Shown: piece after piece, positions 63,079 through 64,000 of the stretch
How positions within the stretch are numbered: position 1 is the stretch's first letter
Layout: each line of letters opens with the position of its first letter
Assembly: GCA_963827235.1 (NCBI GenBank)
Contig: CAWHAE010000016.1
Coordinates: 992,001 to 1,056,000 of the forward strand
Direction: 5' to 3'
Length of the DNA stretch: 64,000 bases
Source of the DNA: an uncultured bacterium
Lineage (GTDB): Bacteria; Chloroflexota; UBA5177; JANWHV01
Made by a program: the position numbers and the translations under genes
Notes under the pieces: model-generated
Databases searched by the model: none
What the model was told of the DNA's origin: nothing
What the model saw: only the letters and a program-made list of their open reading frames with translations

Positions 63079-63232
63079 CCCTCTCGCGCAGGATGGAAAG
63101 TGTGGACCCGTGAGTCCGTCGTACTGTCGCGAGAGGAGGTGCCGTCGCCAAGCTTGCAGCCCGCTCGATTGGGCCGCTCGTCACGTTCATGAGTGACTCG
63201 CCACCATTGATAAAAGGAGACGTGGAGTTCTT

Positions 63233-64000
63233 ATGTCAGCTCGCGCACGTATCGTTGCAGCCCTAGGGCTGCTGTCGCTTTCGCTTGCCATACTGCTGAC
63301 CAGCGCCCATGCCGATGCCGATAGTGTTGGCATTGTCGGGCACGTCTATGTCGACGACAATACCGCCGGCATCAACACGGTTGCCGGATTCAACGAGCAT
63401 GCCGACGGCACGCTCACCACTATTCCCGGCTCGCCCTTTGCCGTGGGAGGTGCCGGAACCGGGACGGGAATCCCGTCCCAGGATGCCCTACGGCTGGCCT
63501 ACAACGGAAGCTACTTGCTCGCCGTGGATGCCGGGAGCAACCAGATCTCGGTTCTGCATATTGGATTCGACGGCAGTTTGCAGCCAGCGCCGGGCAGCCC
63601 GTTCGCGTCGGGTGGCATAGACCCGGTGAGCATCGCCGTGCATGAGCCCTGGGTGTACGTTGCCAACACTGGAACCGGCTCCAACTACAGTGGATTCGTG
63701 CTGCTCCCAACGGGCCGGTTGGTGCCGCTTCCCGGGTCGACGGTCACGGTGCCGGATGGGTCCGGACTGGGCGACGTGCTGTTCAATGGCGACGGCACGC
63801 GGCTGGTCGGCATCCGCGTCAACACGTCGCTAATCGATAGCTTTGCCGTCTTCGGCGGCCGCTTGTTTGCAGCCCCACACTCGCCATTCGCCGCCCAGGC
63901 CGCCGGCCCGTTCGGCAGCGAGTTCCGGCCAACGAATCCCTTCCAGTTGTTCGTCTCCAATGCGCACGCCGGAGCCGGTAACGGTACGGTGTCGGCGTTC
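63233..64000 (+). CDS. Secreted beta-propeller, lactonase (6-phosphogluconolactonase-like) family; runs off the window edge
   Basis: Manual translation: MSARARIVAALGLLSLSLAILLTSAHA-DADSVGIVGHVYVDDNTAG...GSPFAVGG...AVDAGSNQISV...VYVANTG; repeated GSPF blades. Confidence 0.82.
   Translation, partial: MSARARIVAALGLLSLSLAILLTSAHADADSVGIVGHVYVDDNTAGINTVAGFNEHADGTLTTIPGSPFAVGGAGTGTGIPSQDALRLAYNGSYLLAVDAGSNQISVLHIGFDGSLQPAPGSPFASGGIDPVSIAVHEPWVYVANTGTGSNYSGFVLLPTGRLVPLPGSTVTVPDGSGLGDVLFNGDGTRLVGIRVNTSLIDSFAVFGGRLFAAPHSPFAAQAAGPFGSEFRPTNPFQLFVSNAHAGAGNGTVSAF

Overview
GC-rich bacterial window; the gene content suggests a soil Chloroflexota or Actinomycetota-like organism, which is an inference. (1) 1-20.5 kb is an intact, divergently organised carbohydrate-utilisation locus. 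Leftward: M6P-isomerase-like cupin, GH38 alpha-mannosidase, M24 hydrolase, APH/MTR-kinase-like kinase, an atypical enolase paralogue, a URO-D-like protein and a TIM-barrel isomerase. Rightward: HutC-type GntR, ABC sugar transporter, SDR, mutarotase-like protein, ROK kinase and mannonate dehydratase, followed by a second, convergent URO-D-like gene. (2) 20.7-61.5 kb is an accessory region with TetR/XRE-regulated oxidoreductases, two XRE-STAND-TPR proteins, orphan immunity-like genes and many pseudogenes and gene fragments. The standout is a small module at 27.3-29.5 kb: a TY-Chap-like gene, a secreted protein whose C-terminal ~130 aa closely resemble the animal Hedgehog N-terminal signalling domain (Zn ligands kept, Ca-site residues lost, no Hint domain), and a secreted PsbP-like partner. 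This module is divergent from an NLR-like regulator. (3) The right end carries a CaCA antiporter and a secreted beta-propeller protein preceded by four 11-bp-phased direct repeats. No rRNA, tRNA, CRISPR array or transposase was recognised. All family calls come from motif recognition by eye, not from database searches.
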